Notes under the pieces: model-generated
Database searches by the model: none
Told to the model about the DNA's origin: nothing
Seen by the model: the letters and a program-made list of their open reading frames with translations, nothing else
Part shown: positions 11,417-26,199 of the stretch, piece after piece
Numbering within the stretch: the stretch's first letter is position 1
How the letters are laid out: each line of letters starts with the position of its first letter
From: Podospora anserina
Taxonomy: Eukaryota
Assembly: GCA_017654855.1 (NCBI GenBank)
Contig: CM030332.1
Span: 1,674,001-1,738,000, forward strand
Length of the DNA stretch: 64,000 bases
Direction of reading: 5' to 3'
Program-made: the position numbers and the translations under genes

Positions 11417-14250
11417 CTTGATTGATAAAGATGATATGTGATGAGAGCAGATGCTCTGAGAAAGAGGATGAGGATAAGAGGCTGCCGGCCCCCTGAAGTT
11501 GTTGTGAGACGAAATGTTGACCGCCGATCACAAAAATTACCAATTAAATAAGATATCTTGAAAAATTGTGAGATGGTTTCCTCTTATCCTTGAACAAAGA
11601 AAGTTGATATCTCGATTCCGTGGTTGGTAGATTTGAACCGCTCTCATCTCACAAATGTCATAAGTGGAAGGCACGATCTCACTCACAGCAGGCGCGCTTC
11701 AGCAAGCAATGACGCGCTCGCCCTAAATTTCTTATCGCTTATCTTCCACCGAAGCTCTCTCCCGCCTTGGCACCCTGATCCTCCCACCTCCAACCCCAAC
11801 CCGCAGACCCACCAGTTCACCAACCTCCAACCTCAACCTTCTCGAAGCACCATTTCACAAACGAAAGGTCCCACCCCCAAGCCATGCACAAAACCACCCG
11901 CCCCTAATGCAAATGCACACCGCACCGCAACATCTCAAATCACCAGCATTTCCATCCCCGTCCGTCCCACCCCCCTTTTCTCTCGCATTCCCCCATTGTT
12001 TACATTTTCCCCCTTTAGGCAACCGATCACCTGTCTCGCAAAAAGAAAAAGCGGAGCCCACACTACCTATCCGATCCGAGAACTCCACACCCCACACAAC
12101 CCGGGCTCCGGTCCGCATTCCGCCATCCCAGGCCATCGCCGGGCTCCACACAAAGCCCGGACCACACCACCCCGGAACGGCTATCTCAACGACGACAGGA
12201 CAAGGGGTGGAATTTTCTAGTACATAGTTGGTTACAACCTCACCCCTTACCCACGGCTATATCGTCTCCAGGGAAACGTTCACCTCAACGAAAACTCTGA
12301 CATGTGTTCTTTTCTTCCATGCGGTAATGGCCGACATGAAAACCATATCCACGGTACAGGTAAAATGACAACCGGAGAGTTTGGAACGGAGGTATAACAC
12401 ATCCCGTGTTATACACTCTTATACCCATCATATCGTAGTTGTGAAAAACTTTTTGAGATTGCAGCCTCTCATTCTACCAGCACGCCTTTCCCCGTCCATC
12501 TCTGATCTACACTCTCCATCAGCTGTTGCTTCTTGCCAACCAAGCATAAATTCCTTGCCACATCACCGCCCATCAAAACCCACCCGCTCTCACTCGTTGC
12601 CCCGCGAACCCCAGAAACCATCACCCGATCCGACAGTTCAAAAAAAAAATCCATCCCCACCGGCGGCCATCCCGTCATCCAATATCGCAACCCTGCCCTG
12701 TCTTAAACCAATACAAAGAAACGGGTTAGGTTAGGTGTTCTCCGACAACCCTCTACTCACCAAACCGTTACATTCCCACCCGCTTTGCAAATTTCCCCTG
12801 AACACAAAACACCCATCCTTGGCAAAGGGCCCAAGTGTTTGACATGCAGAGTCCAAGTTATGCTTCCATGCTGGGTCACAACTTGATGAAAGATGAAGTC
12901 ACAAACTTGATGACCACATGACGACGGACATGCAAGTCAAAGCACAACAAGTGCGACAGTCGTCAAGTAATTTTTAAACTTCATTTTGTTCTTGTTTTTT
13001 GCTTCAGCCTGTAAACTCGCTAGGTACAAAGCTACTTCGTAACAAGCACCCGTGGCCGTGATTTTTTTTGTTCTGATATTCCCAAACAGTGAAAAAAAAA
13101 GGAAGGGCGGTTTCTCGGTTCGAGTTCTCCATCATCGCGTATCATGCTGATTGATGGCTCGCCAATAAAAACCCAATCATCCATCCAATTGCTGTATGTT
13201 GCCAGAGGGGAGCGATGGCAATCACCCACACAAAAGCAGTACAGGAGTTTCCCATGATGTCCAGGCAAGGGGAGCAGACGAGGATGACTTTTTACCACAG
13301 GGATATCTTGTTCACCAAGATCCCAGGGCTTTCTAAAGCCGTTATTCTTCTGTCCCATCCCATATTTCTTCCATCTGATCCTGGCAGGAACTTGAACAAA
13401 ACTCATCTGACAATCAAGTCGTGAGCCGCAGTCCGTCGCAAGTAAAGGTTTCTCCTCCCATCTTATGCTTCCTCCCCTCGGACCAGCAAACAACACCAAA
13501 GATGACCCCTTCCTCCATTTTCCCTGGCCTCCATGGTAAATAAACCTGTTGCAAACCACTGCAGAACGCATGTTCGTGGAATCGACGTCTGGATCCACCG
13601 TGCGAAAACGGTTTACCAGGAGGGGTATCTTGTGTGTAAATGCTACAAAGAAAAAAAAGACAAAAACAACAATTTTGGTGTGGTTTCGATGTGTGTCGGA
13701 CCGAACCGGGATATTCTGATCAGTAAAGTGCTTTTTCGTACAGACGTTGATAAGGGAAGATGAGGTGCCCGCGAATGGGCTGATGACGCGCAATCGTAAC
13801 AGCTCTTGAGCGGCGAGTAAGATAAAACAAGACCGTTTTGCTGTATCATCGTGATCGCTAAACATTATGAATACATGCCAGTCCACGCCGCAATGCGGAC
13901 TGACACTTTGACAGTACCGAAGAGCTGATAGGCATCCAAAACATGATGGGCCTTTGCTGAAGTGATACATGCCAAAAGGTGGCAAGTAATGCCGAGAAGA
14001 AGAAACAAGTATGCTGGGTTTGTCGACGATCGTGAGGGTATCAATCCTACCGGAAACAAACCTGCACCCTACTCAGTCGCGATGAGAGGGCAGCATGTGT
14101 ACGAATGAGGTATGTGACATAGAAGACAAAGTGGCTGCGGATGAGCCTGCTCCGGGAAAGCTGTGGTTGGCGAGCAGAGGTGACAACTGCTGAAGAATAG
14201 GTAAGGATGCAGTGTAATCCAACAAGTATTCCCATGAGTGATGTTGGTCT

Positions 14251-16084
14251 TTAGAAAGAGACCATTCGTCGTGGAGGCCCACGATCCGCTCCAAGTGGCG
14301 ATTGTCCAAGGTCCGCAAACTCACAATCACGGCTGATGGCACGACCTGGTCCAGTTGGCGAATCCTGGATCCGATCACCAAATGCATACGTTTGCGCACG
14401 ACCCAGCCCTTTGCGCTGCTGCTTTAAGCGGCCCATCAGCCGCTCGCAAGTCTTCTCGTGCCCAGCGGCGCCCATCTCAACATACGCCCGAGGGTAGCAG
14501 CGTTCTTGGTGTTCAGAGAAGAAACCACTATAACCCCCGTCCAGAATGTAAACATCAGGGTATGTGAGTCTCGGGTAAGCCTCCTGGTTCAGTTGTCGGT
14601 CCTGGGAACGGATATGGCGAGCCATGAGCGGAGCACGGTGAGCAGAGTATTCGCAGTGAAAGATGAGAAGGGTGCGCCCTGGCATGGGAGTGCGAAACAG
14701 ATGGTCTGCCAGAAGATCCTTATCATTGTAGTTGATGGCGCCATCAATGTGACCACCCTCATATTCGTACTCGAAGCGACAGTCGACGATCATCTTGTGT
14801 TGGTACTGGTCGCTGTATTTGCCGTCCAACACTTCAAGCATGGTGTCGCGGGTAATGCGAGGAATGTTATCTTGTTCATCTTCGGGCATGAAATGCGGTA
14901 GCAGTGGCTCCTGGGTTTCCTCGATTTCGGGCAGAGCAGCGTCAGGCTCCTTGGGTTTCATAATCTCCTCGGCGCTTTCAAACATGCTCAGTGAGCGACG
15001 AGTCGTCCACCTCCGCGGCCGGCCGGCAGGATTCGAAGACTTGCGAGAGTGGCTGATTGGTGATCCGTTGCGGACACCGCTAAGACCAGGCAAGTTGAAC
15101 TGGGGCCTTGGGCGATTGCTTGCCATGATCATGCAAGGGCTATTAGCACTGAGGGACCGCCTCTGTTGAGGAGGCGAGTCCTGAAAACATTCGCTCAACG
15201 ACATCGAGGTCGAAGGGGAGGAGCCGAGCTGCACCTCACCCCCGAGCTTTAGGGAGGGGAACTGGTTATCACCATTGGAACGACCCGGGATGGACCCCGT
15301 AGTGTAACCTTTGGCACGGCTGAGAGATGGCCGCATCAAACCAAGCTTTCTGCGGGCTCTAAAAACGCAAAACCGTTAGCACCTTGTAGCTGGGGATCCG
15401 CAGGGCTGGGAGCGCGTGTCATTAGACTTACTCGGCACCAACGGCCTTGGATGTATCCATGACAGTCTTTTGTGGGATGGGAGACTCCATCATGATATCA
15501 TCACTCATAGGAATGCTCGGTGTTGGAGATGCCACTTCGACATGGCCCGCAAAGGCACCCTTCTGCGGCAATGGTGACATGTCCATCATGTCGACATTAC
15601 CAGGCGACGACGATGGTGCCAATGGAGGCGTGGTAAGATATTCTGCACGCACACACATTCGTCAGTCCAACCACTTTGTGGCACGTCTCTCAACCACACC
15701 CGGCTTACCACGAGACTTGAATCCGTCCATCATGGTGGCCGTGGTAAATAGGGCGCGACGCGGCGTCGGAAACATGGGGCTACTGCAACATTGCGTACAC
15801 GATTAGTTATTGGACGTCCATGCTCTTTCCGTCCAAAGCCTAGGTCCAAACACTCACCTGGCTTCATTGAGCTTAAAGTTTTGTGACAGGTCCGCCGCCA
15901 ACGAGGCCGCGGGAGAAGAGCCTCGGACGGCCTTGATGTTAAAGTACTCCGGGTTCTGACGTTGGAAGATATTCATAGACCCAGGACCCAAGGGGCTGGG
16001 ACCCAAGGGCGGACCAAACAAGTTCGACTGGCCAAACGTGGGAGGCGCCGGCCGGATGGCGGCCAACGGTGAAGAGGTCTCCAT
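14251..16084 (-). CDS. cdc25: M-phase inducer phosphatase Cdc25/Mih1/NimT (exons 16084-15858, 15782-15709, 15642-15432, 15358-14251)
   Basis: IVDCRFEYEYEGGHIDGA and active-site FHCEYSAHRAP; N-terminal SPAASLAADLSQNF; three canonical introns give one continuous frame. Confidence 0.95.
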
Positions 16085-19000
16085 GGTGGCTCCAAGGTTC
16101 TCTTATCGCATGTACACAGCAGAGAGGGTTGGTGAATGATGCTATCGAAGAACTCAAGAGGTGAAATCGGGTGGCTATTTTTGACGTGGAGGCACAATGT
16201 CTGGATGTCGTGCAGTGGGTGGTGCAGCAGCAGCCAACAGTCGAGGGTGTCGAGACGGTGGATGGTGAAGCTCTGAGCTAGCCGTCGCGGTTGGCCAATG
16301 CTGCGAGCTGCCACTTTCTCTTACTGAAATCACGAGAGCATTCGTCAAGGTGTAAAAGGATGTCTTGAGGTTTAAAGGTTGAATTCGGTGCACTGGTTGC
16401 TGGGGTTGACCTCAGTTTTCTCGTCGTCCGGTGCAACGCGGGCGGTCTGTGAAGTGCGTTTGGCAGAACCGGGATGGCTGAGGCCAGTCAGTAACGAGGT
16501 GATAGCGGGGTTCCGCTCCGGTGGGTGCAGCCAGGGCAAGGAGCTGACGCCGGGAAGGTGCTCGGTTGCTCTCGTCGAGATCGCCAGTTGCCCGTCTAAC
16601 TGTTGCCGACGCTGCTGTATACCAGATACTCGTGAATGGAGAGGGAATGGGGTCGGATCGAGGTCGATTTTGAGAGTTTTATGACGTGCCGCCCACTTTC
16701 TTGTTCAGCTCCAAGTTCTGGTTCTTTGCAGGTGCAGAGGATGGACGGTCTGCCAAGTTATGGACAAGGGGTGGCCGGGGGGGTGATATGCAGCAGCAGG
16801 CTGACTGGCCGGGGCGTGTCGGACCACAGAAGGTCTGGTGTGGAGGCTAGAATGGAAGTTCTTCTACTCCCTGGATATTGTTTTGCTGAAAAGGAGAGCT
16901 TCTGGATAAGGTATCCCTTCCTACAACCAAAGCTGTTCACCGTATACCAATGTCGACGACAACGTTACACACCCAAGGGCCTGTTGAGGGGCGAGGGCGA
17001 GGCTACAAGATGGGCAGCAGGTGGTTAAGAAGGAATTTTCCTTGCCGGCGTCGTGCACAGCATCGACAGGGAAGCCCAATCAAGCAGGGCAGTTGATTTT
17101 CTTACGGGTTGTCAGGGGAGACTCAACTGGGACCCAGCCTGGCTGCTGCAGCTGCTTAAGCGCAACGGGGGCCCTGCTTTGGGAATTGTGGAGCGCTGGA
17201 GCAGCTTCCCTGTACCCGCCGCAGGGCCATGGAAAAAGGTACAAAGTACTTTTGATAGGTACCAAAGTACACCAGTGCTTGTGAGAGCCCAGCATCGGCA
17301 AAACCTCACACAATCGAGGTACATTTCAGCATGAAAACAGCCGCCGTAGGCAGCTGTTCCATTTTGTATGTTCCGTGATTCCGATTCTCTCTCCATGCGC
17401 CGCTTCCCCCAGTGGCTTCTTCATGGGCCCGCCACACCGTGCTCTGGGGCAGCTGCCGGCGGCCTGGCGAAAGGGTCGCTAGCAGGCACAGCAAAAAGCG
17501 CGGAAGTCGGTCGTCCATGTAAGTGGAGGAAGCAGTGGGCCAGTAATGGCCATGATCAATGACACCGCGACGACAGCAAATGCAATGAGACATCTGGGAG
17601 ACAAGAGACAGTTTGAGAGATTGTCTTGACGTCCAGAGCCTGGCCAGGGCAACAGTTCAAATGGCATGGGTGGATGGCATCTGGCCTCTCGTCATCCCAT
17701 TCTTCCCTGAGGCTATCCACAGTCCAAATTTCTACCCACATACCCATAGGCATTGACCGGCCTGAGAGTCTTCAATATCCCGACAGGCTTTGGCCGGTCG
17801 CCGGTCAGAAAAAGCGCCAAATAATTTCCTAGATCTCCGAGGGAGGAAGATCTTTAAAAAGTCGGCTTCAAGCCACCAGATATCGTTCAGAAGTCCCAAA
17901 GCTCTAAGACCCTCGCACGGCACCTCTCAGTCCTCCCTTGGGATATTTTGTTGCAGACTCAGGACCCGATCTTGAAGCTTGTTCACAAGGTGACTGGGAA
18001 CGGCCTGAGAAAAGGGGGGTTGTATGTACATGGAGCCATCAACCTCCCTACAGCTTTTGATGCTGACCCAGCAACCGTCCTATTCGGGTAAACATCCCAG
18101 TGCCTGGGACAATGTTTCAGAAGCCGTGGAAGATACTCCCAGCGAATGACATGCCCGAAAGGTCATTGGGATCCAGTATGTATTGTTAGCGGTCAAGCGC
18201 TGCAAGTTAGCGCTTCTACTCCATCACAGTGCATCTCAAAATTAGCCCAGCAGCGAGCAACGGACCATTGAGATGTCGGAATATCGACTGACGGCCGGCA
18301 GTTCATCGTGGAATTCACAATTCAGCCAAATGCTTCGTCCACATGTCAACGACTCTCATCAGGAATAAGAAACCATATGCGAAATGCATGCAAAGACCTG
18401 CCTGACCGTTGAAGCTCATGGTCGCAACAATTGGAAGCATCACCGAACGAAGCCGACGCACAGACCAAACAGGAGCTCCCTAGCAATAAACATGCGGCAA
18501 AACAGTATCACTGTCTGTGCCTCACAATTCCACACATCTTTAGACCAATGACCGTCTCCAATTGCCCGCCTTCCCTTGCCGATTGCCCTCGGTTCCTTTT
18601 TGGTCCATTAGCTATTGTCAAACTCTCGATATCTCCAAACCCAGACACGCGCTTCTCCGGCCGCGTCCAACTCTGCTGGCAGCAACGGCATCATCACGAT
18701 CCCCAATCTACAACAGGATGTTGATCTTGGCAATGACGATACCGGTCCCATGTCTGGAAGCATTTGTCCAAGATTCGAGATGAGAATTGCGTCAGAGAAT
18801 CGCTTCGATAAAAGCTTGCCAAGGCTCGCTCCAGCTACAACCCCGGCCAGAGGGCCCTGGCCCCGCTTCTGAAGTGGCCGTGTTGGACATCAACCCTCTC
18901 CAGCCGCGGGCCTCTCTCACCTGCCATTGGCTACCCTACTGGGAGACAGGCTGTATGTGAGGGGTTCTCTCGTCTCAGACTCATCAAATCAGCCGGCAGA

Positions 19001-22000
19001 ATACAACTGAAGCAAATCACGGTTTCCGGGAAGGGAGGAAAAATGAGGTTGCGGGGTTAGTCAGACAGCAGCCCATGACCCCAGTTTTGTTTCCGCCTCG
19101 GAGAATTCATGCGGCTCCCAAGAACATATTCTAACGAAACGAACGATATACCGAATGTTAACATCGGTCTCCTTCCTGTCGAGCGACCAGAGGGCATATC
19201 GAGCAATGCCTGGAAATAGCACAGCGTTGCTTGGAGTGAGGGGCAGTCCGCCCAGCCTCAGCCTTCTTGATGGCCCAATTGGGAAAGACGTCATCCTCTT
19301 CGGCAGGGCTGGGGCGCGCTTCGGCGCTTTCCCCAAGCTGAACAAGATCGCCCGATAGCGTCTCGAATCCCCATCCTCTCTGCCAATCGCCTTTCAGCAT
19401 TCTTTCCTTTGACCTTGTCAAATCGCGACATTCAGATCTGTCTGATCCGCCCAAGAACCAAGGAAAGAAGGGACGGTCAAACAAGAGCCAGAATACAAAG
19501 TCAAGCAGCGTTATGAATGACGTCTCGTTTGTTTACATACTTGGAGATGCCATCGCCAACTTCAACAACGTTGTCTGTCTTCATACCCCGCTCTGTGGTT
19601 TCGATGCAGGGCAGCCCAATGACTCGCATAATCTTTTGAAGATGGAGAAGCCAGCTCAAGCAGAAGCGGTCGGATCTCTATCCAATGGTTATCCGGACTG
19701 ACATCTCGGCGCAGGCCCAGACGCGCCGGGACTGCCGCTTCGGTCTTCAACTCGCTGCGGCCCAGCTCACATCAGCCGCGCCACAAAAGACCACGCTGAG
19801 AAAGTCCCGCATTCCTCCGCCAAAAGCGGATTTCACCATGGAACCGTATGAGGGGGTTGGGCTCCTTTCTCGTCATGGGTCTGTTTGAGAAGCTGCATGT
19901 GAGGTTACTAGAGACTTCTGCGGAGTGCAGCGTACGACAGGTGAAGCTCGGTTGTTGGGGAGAAACTTGCCAACACATCGCCGTTGCATTTACAGTTCGC
20001 GGGGTAAAAGTAAACAATGAAAACGCGAGAAGCAACTTCACATAACACACAAGACACAAATTTCGTGCCGCCTTCGCCGCGGGGTAGCTATCGCGCATGC
20101 TCGAGGGACGCGGTGTCACCTGATGAACGAGCAGAGCTCCCCTGAGCTGATTGCCTCTTTGGGTATCAGACGCTCACCTCGGTGAGCTCGAGGTTGGTTG
20201 AGACAGTATCTCCCAAAGACATGTAAGTTCTCAGCGAGATTTTGCTCTTTAATGTTCAGACAACGAGAGCCAACGGAAATTTTTTTGGAGCTCTTACAGT
20301 ATCATGAAAAGACAACCACCACCATTCCACAGGTGTCTCAATAAAGATGCCTGCCACAACGTCGTATGGCCTACACACTTCCTTAGAGACAACACTTTCC
20401 GCTAGCACTGGTCGCTAGGAATTATCTCTTGGCGACAACACAGGATTTCGGCTCACTGGGCGGCGCGGCGGCCAACTGGCCCTCTGGCGATGCTTATTCC
20501 CCACAATACTGCTTCCCGCTGTCAGCGCCGCCTCACCAACGGCGAGGCGTGTTTGCCATTCCGTCCTTCGGTTTCCTCAGAGACCGGCCAGCTACGGCTA
20601 GCGCGCACAGCTTTAGTTGGACAGCGAGTACAAGCAATGACAACGCAGGTTCGCTGCCGTAGAACATGAACGCGGCGGCGGCGGCGGTGCTCTAGTTACA
20701 ACGACCCCCGCAAGGATACTGGTCACCTGTTCTGGCGAGGGTTTTGCTTTTAACAGAAGTCGGTAGTATTCGGGGACCAAAGCAACTCCACTATGCTCAG
20801 CCGAGCATGGGTGTCATGTCAACCGCTCGTCGTGAGAAAACGGCGGCGTTGGGCTTGGTTGGCTTCTTGGGGATCCATGATAGAGTGGATGATGGAGACG
20901 CTGTTCGGCTGGATGAAATAAAGATTTCCTCGGGCGCACAGCCTGAACAAAAGATGCCTTCAAAATGATTGAATGAGGATGCAGTTGCTCGGGGAACCAT
21001 GGGAATCTTTCTCTGGCTGCTATGCCAAGTAGATGCTAGCTGAGGCCCTGCAGGAAGGATAAGATCTAGGACTTTGCCGACGAGGCTAGGAACTGTTCAA
21101 GCTAGAGGCTTGTCCACAGTGAGGTTTTATATTCGCGCTGGCAGAAGAGATGACCATAGTCTGGATGCTGTGATATCTACTGATGAGGCAGGTACGTGAG
21201 AGCAGGAAGAAGGCATCTCGGTCTGGGCTTTCTGTCTTAGATGGCGAGCGCATGTCTGAACCGAGAAGCTGGCATTCTGGTAGTGGTATTCGGGAATGTT
21301 TCACTTGCTTCTCGCTTTCTATTCCATGATGGGTGAGGACAATAGTAAGAGCTGGGGGAACGACACACTAGACTTTCGCTTGGAGTCTTGAACAGTTTGT
21401 CAGCCAGTACTTGAAGAGATTGGGATTGTCTGGATGGGGCATGTTCACTTACACGTATTTGTCTGACGGAGTGGTACGTTGAGCAAAGCTGCTGTCACCC
21501 GTAGAAACCATATGGTTGTAAGACCATAACAAAGTACGGGAAGCAGGAAGCCAACTTCCTGGTTTTAGGATTCGGGCTAGGACCGAGGTAGTACGACGTT
21601 TCTACTCATCTATTCCCACAGAACCAGTGCTCACTAGATGCTACGCAACCATCTGCTTCTATGCCTATACAGTATAGCCTAACTGTAGAATTGCATATGT
21701 AAAGGGACCGAATGTGACTTCATATTCTCTGACATATTGAACTGCTCGATATGTGAAAAGGGCCAAATTTCTGGCAATCTTGTCCTGAAGTTGGCACGCT
21801 AGCATAGCGGTGTTGCTCCGAGTACAACGAGGATTTACAAACTCAGCTATGACGCTCTTCTTTACATAGGTAATGTAGAGAGTATATGGGACAACAAACC
21901 ACATCCGGAGAACAGGTAGAGAATGAGATCTGCTTTGACGTCAAAACTTATAAACCTAAATAATTTCTTGTCCTGTAGTGAAAAGGCAAACGGCACTATG

Positions 22001-22533
22001 AGAATATGGATTGGGAATATCTGGATGACCTCAACCACAACACCAGACCACTGGTTTTCATCACTTTGGATAACACCTGCGCAAAAGACTCACCTCGTCA
22101 ATCAAAAAGATCAGTTGGAATATTATCGAATATCCATGATGGCCTCAACCTCAGCCCCTCTCATGAGCCCTCACAAACCGTTGAAACAACCATCCATGAT
22201 CCATGTCCAGCACAAATGCTTAAAGCAACCCACAGAACCCACGTCTTCAAAATTTTCGTCCGGACTCATGTCGGTATCTGCACTCAGCAGGGATAATGCC
22301 GCAGCAACTGTACCGGAATTCCCTTGCAAGAGTTTCTAGAACACATTTTGGTCAACCCGAACAGCTGAGAAACAGTTCGTCCAATATAAGATGCATCAAT
22401 CGGGGTACCTCTTTTTCTGCAAGCTTTCAGGTTATCGCATGCAACTCTTAAACGAGGGGACCCTAGCGCAAAAGCCGAAACCCCGTTTCTCGTTATCGAA
22501 AGCGGTAAACACAGGCAGAAAATGATGCCCCGC

Positions 22534-22543
22534 TAAAAATTTC
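22534..22543. promoter_or_regulatory. RRPE-like element upstream of POL5
   Basis: TAAAAATTTC about 190 bp upstream of the ATG at 22726. Confidence 0.3.
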
Positions 22544-22725
22544 CTGGCTGCAGTGCTTGATTCGAGCTGTATGGAAGCCCATGTCCATGCTCTGCGATTG
22601 CTACTGTTGCGACAGTTGATGCTTGGTGCATTGAAGAAAATACCCTTCGCTCTCAACCACCACCACACCTCTCACCTTACTGAACAGATCAATTGTCCTT
22701 TCCATTACACCAACTCCCACCCATC

Positions 22726-25700
22726 ATGGGCAGCAAAAGAAAAAGAACGCCCAAAGAGGCGCAAAACGACACCGCCGCTGCTCAGCAACCAATCCAGAAG
22801 CGCTCCAAGAAGGATGACACCACGACAACAACAACAGAACCACCAGCTCCCGTAAGCAACGGCTCGACATCAACAAAATCAAAAACCCCCAAGGCCACCC
22901 TCTTCGTCGAACACCCCACGGGCGAAGACCGCAAACGCGAAGCGGAGCTCTACGACCAACTCGGCCGCGAAGACGAATCCGATCGCATCAAAGCCGCCAG
23001 TTCCATCATCTCCAGCCTCCTCTCTGGGGATGGCGTCGACGAGCCCGTTCTCCGTCGGCACCTCGAGAAGCGTCTCTTTCGCGGGTTGGCGAGCGGGAGG
23101 AATGCTTCCCGTTTGGGATTCAGTCTGGTGTTGACAGAGATTTTGGGGCAGTTATACGGGAAGAAAAATCTAGCGGAGAAGAAATACACTGGGCTGAGCT
23201 TTGAGGAGGTGAAGAAGATTCTCGTCAAGAGCACCACACCCTTTGGGAACCTGGCTGGGCAAGAAGAGAGGAACCACTGGTTTGGACAGCTGTTTGGCGT
23301 GGAGTGTTTTGTTCGGAGTGGGGTTTTGTTTCAGGACCAAAAGAAGTGGGGGGAGATTTTGGGGTTGTTGCTTGGGTTGTCGATGAAGAAGAGTTGGTTG
23401 AAGACGCAGTGCGGGTATGTGATTGTGCAAGCGGTGGCGCAGATGGGGAAGAAGATGGCGGAGGAGACGCTTGCGAGGTTGGCCGAGGAAGGGTTTGCGA
23501 AGACGCCTGAGGGGGTGGGGATTTGGGTTACGGCGTTGGATAGGTTTCCTGATATGAAGGTTCCAGCGCAGCCGTGGAGGAATCCGCTGGCGGGGAGCTC
23601 GTTGGCTTCGCTGCCGGCTGCGTTGAAGGATAGTGGACGGGAGCAGACTAGTGATGAAGGAGCGAAGAAGCCAAAGGCGGGAAATTGGACGGCGCAGTTG
23701 CACTTTGTGTGGGATTTGATACTGGCGCATTTTGCAAAGGCCGGGCAGAAGTCGGAGAATGAGGCTTCGGAGCAGTTTGAGCAGTTCTGGAGTCGGGTTG
23801 TTGACGGTGAGTTTGGCAGTGATGTTTGTCAAGGTATAGGTCTACTAACACGATTGCAGAGGGCTTCTTCTCCAAGAACTCTTCAGACAGCCAGAAGTTT
23901 TCAGGCTTCATGATCTTCCAGAAGATGCTCGAAGGCGCGCCGAATTGCGAGTTCATTGTCAAGACATTGTTCAGCAAGAACTTGATGGCATGCTTGATGA
24001 ACCAGGCTGCCAAAGAGGATCGGTACTTGCATCGGGCGGCTATCAAAGCGCTCAAGGCCCTTGAGGTCGCTGCTCATCACAACCCGAACTGGCTGCCAAC
24101 AATTCTCAAGGGACTGTTCGGGAAGCATGGTGCGTACAACTTTGACCAGCGAACAAACACCAAGACGATCGATAAGCTGCTCCAGAACACCACTTCCGAT
24201 ACTATCAAGCCTGTTCTCAAGGTCTTGCAGCTCAAGGACCCATCCAAGAGTGGTCTAGACCTCGAACAGTATTACCAGGCCCTTGGCAACTATCTCCTCA
24301 GACTTTCCAGCGCGTTGTCAGAGGAACAGTATGCGAAGGAATCGAACAAGAGAGGCGTTGCCCAGAAGGCCATCAAGGTTCTCGCTGAGCTTGCGTACTC
24401 TAATAATGCTGTTCCTGAGAAGGTCCGCGAAACACTGCGGACAAGGGCAACATCTGCGTTTGCCAAGCTCACCAGCAGGTCAGATGCCTTTGGTGATCTT
24501 TGTGATGCCATTTTGTCCATTGAGACTGAGGTGGATCCCGAGGACGAGCTTGCCCTCACTGTCCTCCCCCGTGCCTTTGAGAGGCTAAAAGACTTGCTTG
24601 ATCACGACAAGACCACAGAGGAAACCAAAGGTCCTCGACAAGCGTTGGCTTTGCTATTTGCTGTTGGCATTCTTCAGTTCTACAACCAGGATCCTGATGT
24701 CATGGATTTGTTTGATGAACTTGAGGAGTGCTATGAGAAGCTTGTTGGCGAGAGCGACGAGGAAGAGGGCGGTATCTCAGAGTTCCTTGTCGAAGTCCTG
24801 CTTGCCATGGTTGCTCGACCTTCAGCACTAATGAAGCAGGTGTCCCGGCAGGTATTCGAGGCATTCACCCCTCTCATGTCAGCAGAAGCCATCAAGCTGT
24901 TGACTGATCCCTTGGCTGCTGATGAAAGCGCCAAGGGCCAGCAAGCACTTTTCAGCACCGAAGACGAAGACATGATGGATGCCGAAGCCGGAAGCGACGA
25001 TGAGAGCGAAATCGAAGATGACGCAGCCCTCGACTCAGACGTCGAGATGGCCAACCTCGAAGACGCCGGTTCCGATGAAGGTGACTCCGACAGCGAGGAC
25101 AACTCGGGCTCCGACGACGAAGACGACGAAGCCGAAAAGGAAAACCAAGAAACCCTCGACGCCCTCGACAAGGAACTCTCCGCAGCCCTCGGCACCCACC
25201 GCCTAGACCAGGACGCCGACGCAGCCTCGGACGACGGCTCAGACATGACCGACTCGGAAATGCTAGCCGTCGACGAGAAACTCGCCGAGATCTTCAGACA
25301 CCGCGCCAAAGCCACCAGCAAGAAGAAGGAGAACAAGGACGCCAAGGAGACCGTCATCAACTTCAAGCACCGCGTTCTCGACATGTTGGGTATCTTTGTC
25401 AAGAAAGAATCCACCCAGGCGAACCCCCTCGTCTTCGAGGCTGTCCTCCCCTTGCTCAACCTCATCCGCACGACAACCGCCAAGCCGCTCGCCAACAAGG
25501 CACACGAGGCGGTTCAGAACCTGTCAAAGGGCATCAAGAAGGCGAGGTCGGAGGGGAAAACACCTGCTATTGAAGGGGACGAGCACTACGAGATGTTGGG
25601 GAAGCTGCACGAGGAGGCGGCCAGGGATCCCTCGCATGCGTTCACCAAGGCTGTGTCGACGTGCTGCTTGACTGTTGCTTCACTCATGTGCAATGATGAT

Positions 25701-25877
25701 GCTGAGAGCGATGACATGGCCAAGGTTTTCAACCTGTATGCCGAGACGCAGCTGAAGTGGTTCCGTGGCGAGGTCAAGATTCAAGCGTCGTTCTTTTCGG
25801 ACTGGCTCAACTGGTGCCAGGCTCATGCTAGTGCTGCTGCTAGTGCTGCTGCTGCGAAGAAGAAGGAAGAGAAGTAG
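22726..25877 (+). CDS. POL5: DNA polymerase phi / Pol5 (MYBBP1A family, rRNA biogenesis); exons 22726-23806, 23860-25877
   Basis: RLFRGLASGRNASRLGFS, EER..FGQLFG, AYNFDQRTNTKT, acidic tract with MTDSEMLAVDEKLAEIF, FKHRVLDML; intron GTGAGT...CTAAC...CAG. Confidence 0.92.
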
Positions 25878-26199
25878 AGAAGTGATGTGTATGTGGTGTA
25901 TGTAGAGAGTGTGGGAGATGGATAAATACCCAAATGTTGATTTTTGTTCCCAACACCCCAACCACATGTTGCTGCAAATCATATGGTAAGAACATGCCTA
26001 TCACGACTAACCATAACCTCCAATCTGTCACTCCAACAGGGCAAGTCCGTAATGCAATTCCAGGCCTACAGGCCACAGATGGGGTATCTTCTACCTCCAG
26101 TCTGCCCGCCAGCCATAAATTTATCGCTGCCAAATGTTTACAAATACAAGTCCGATTGTTCCCACCTGCAACGCCTCGCCCGTTCTTCTTTAATCATGT

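Noticed and set aside
11624..12734. Pro-rich ORFs in C-rich DNA
   Set aside because: Non-ATG starts or low complexity, no domain signal; likely UTR/intergenic
12875..12915. Duplicated GTCACAA(A)CTTGATGA with C-box-like TGATGA
   Set aside because: No properly spaced CTGA D box or terminal stem; likely a short local duplication
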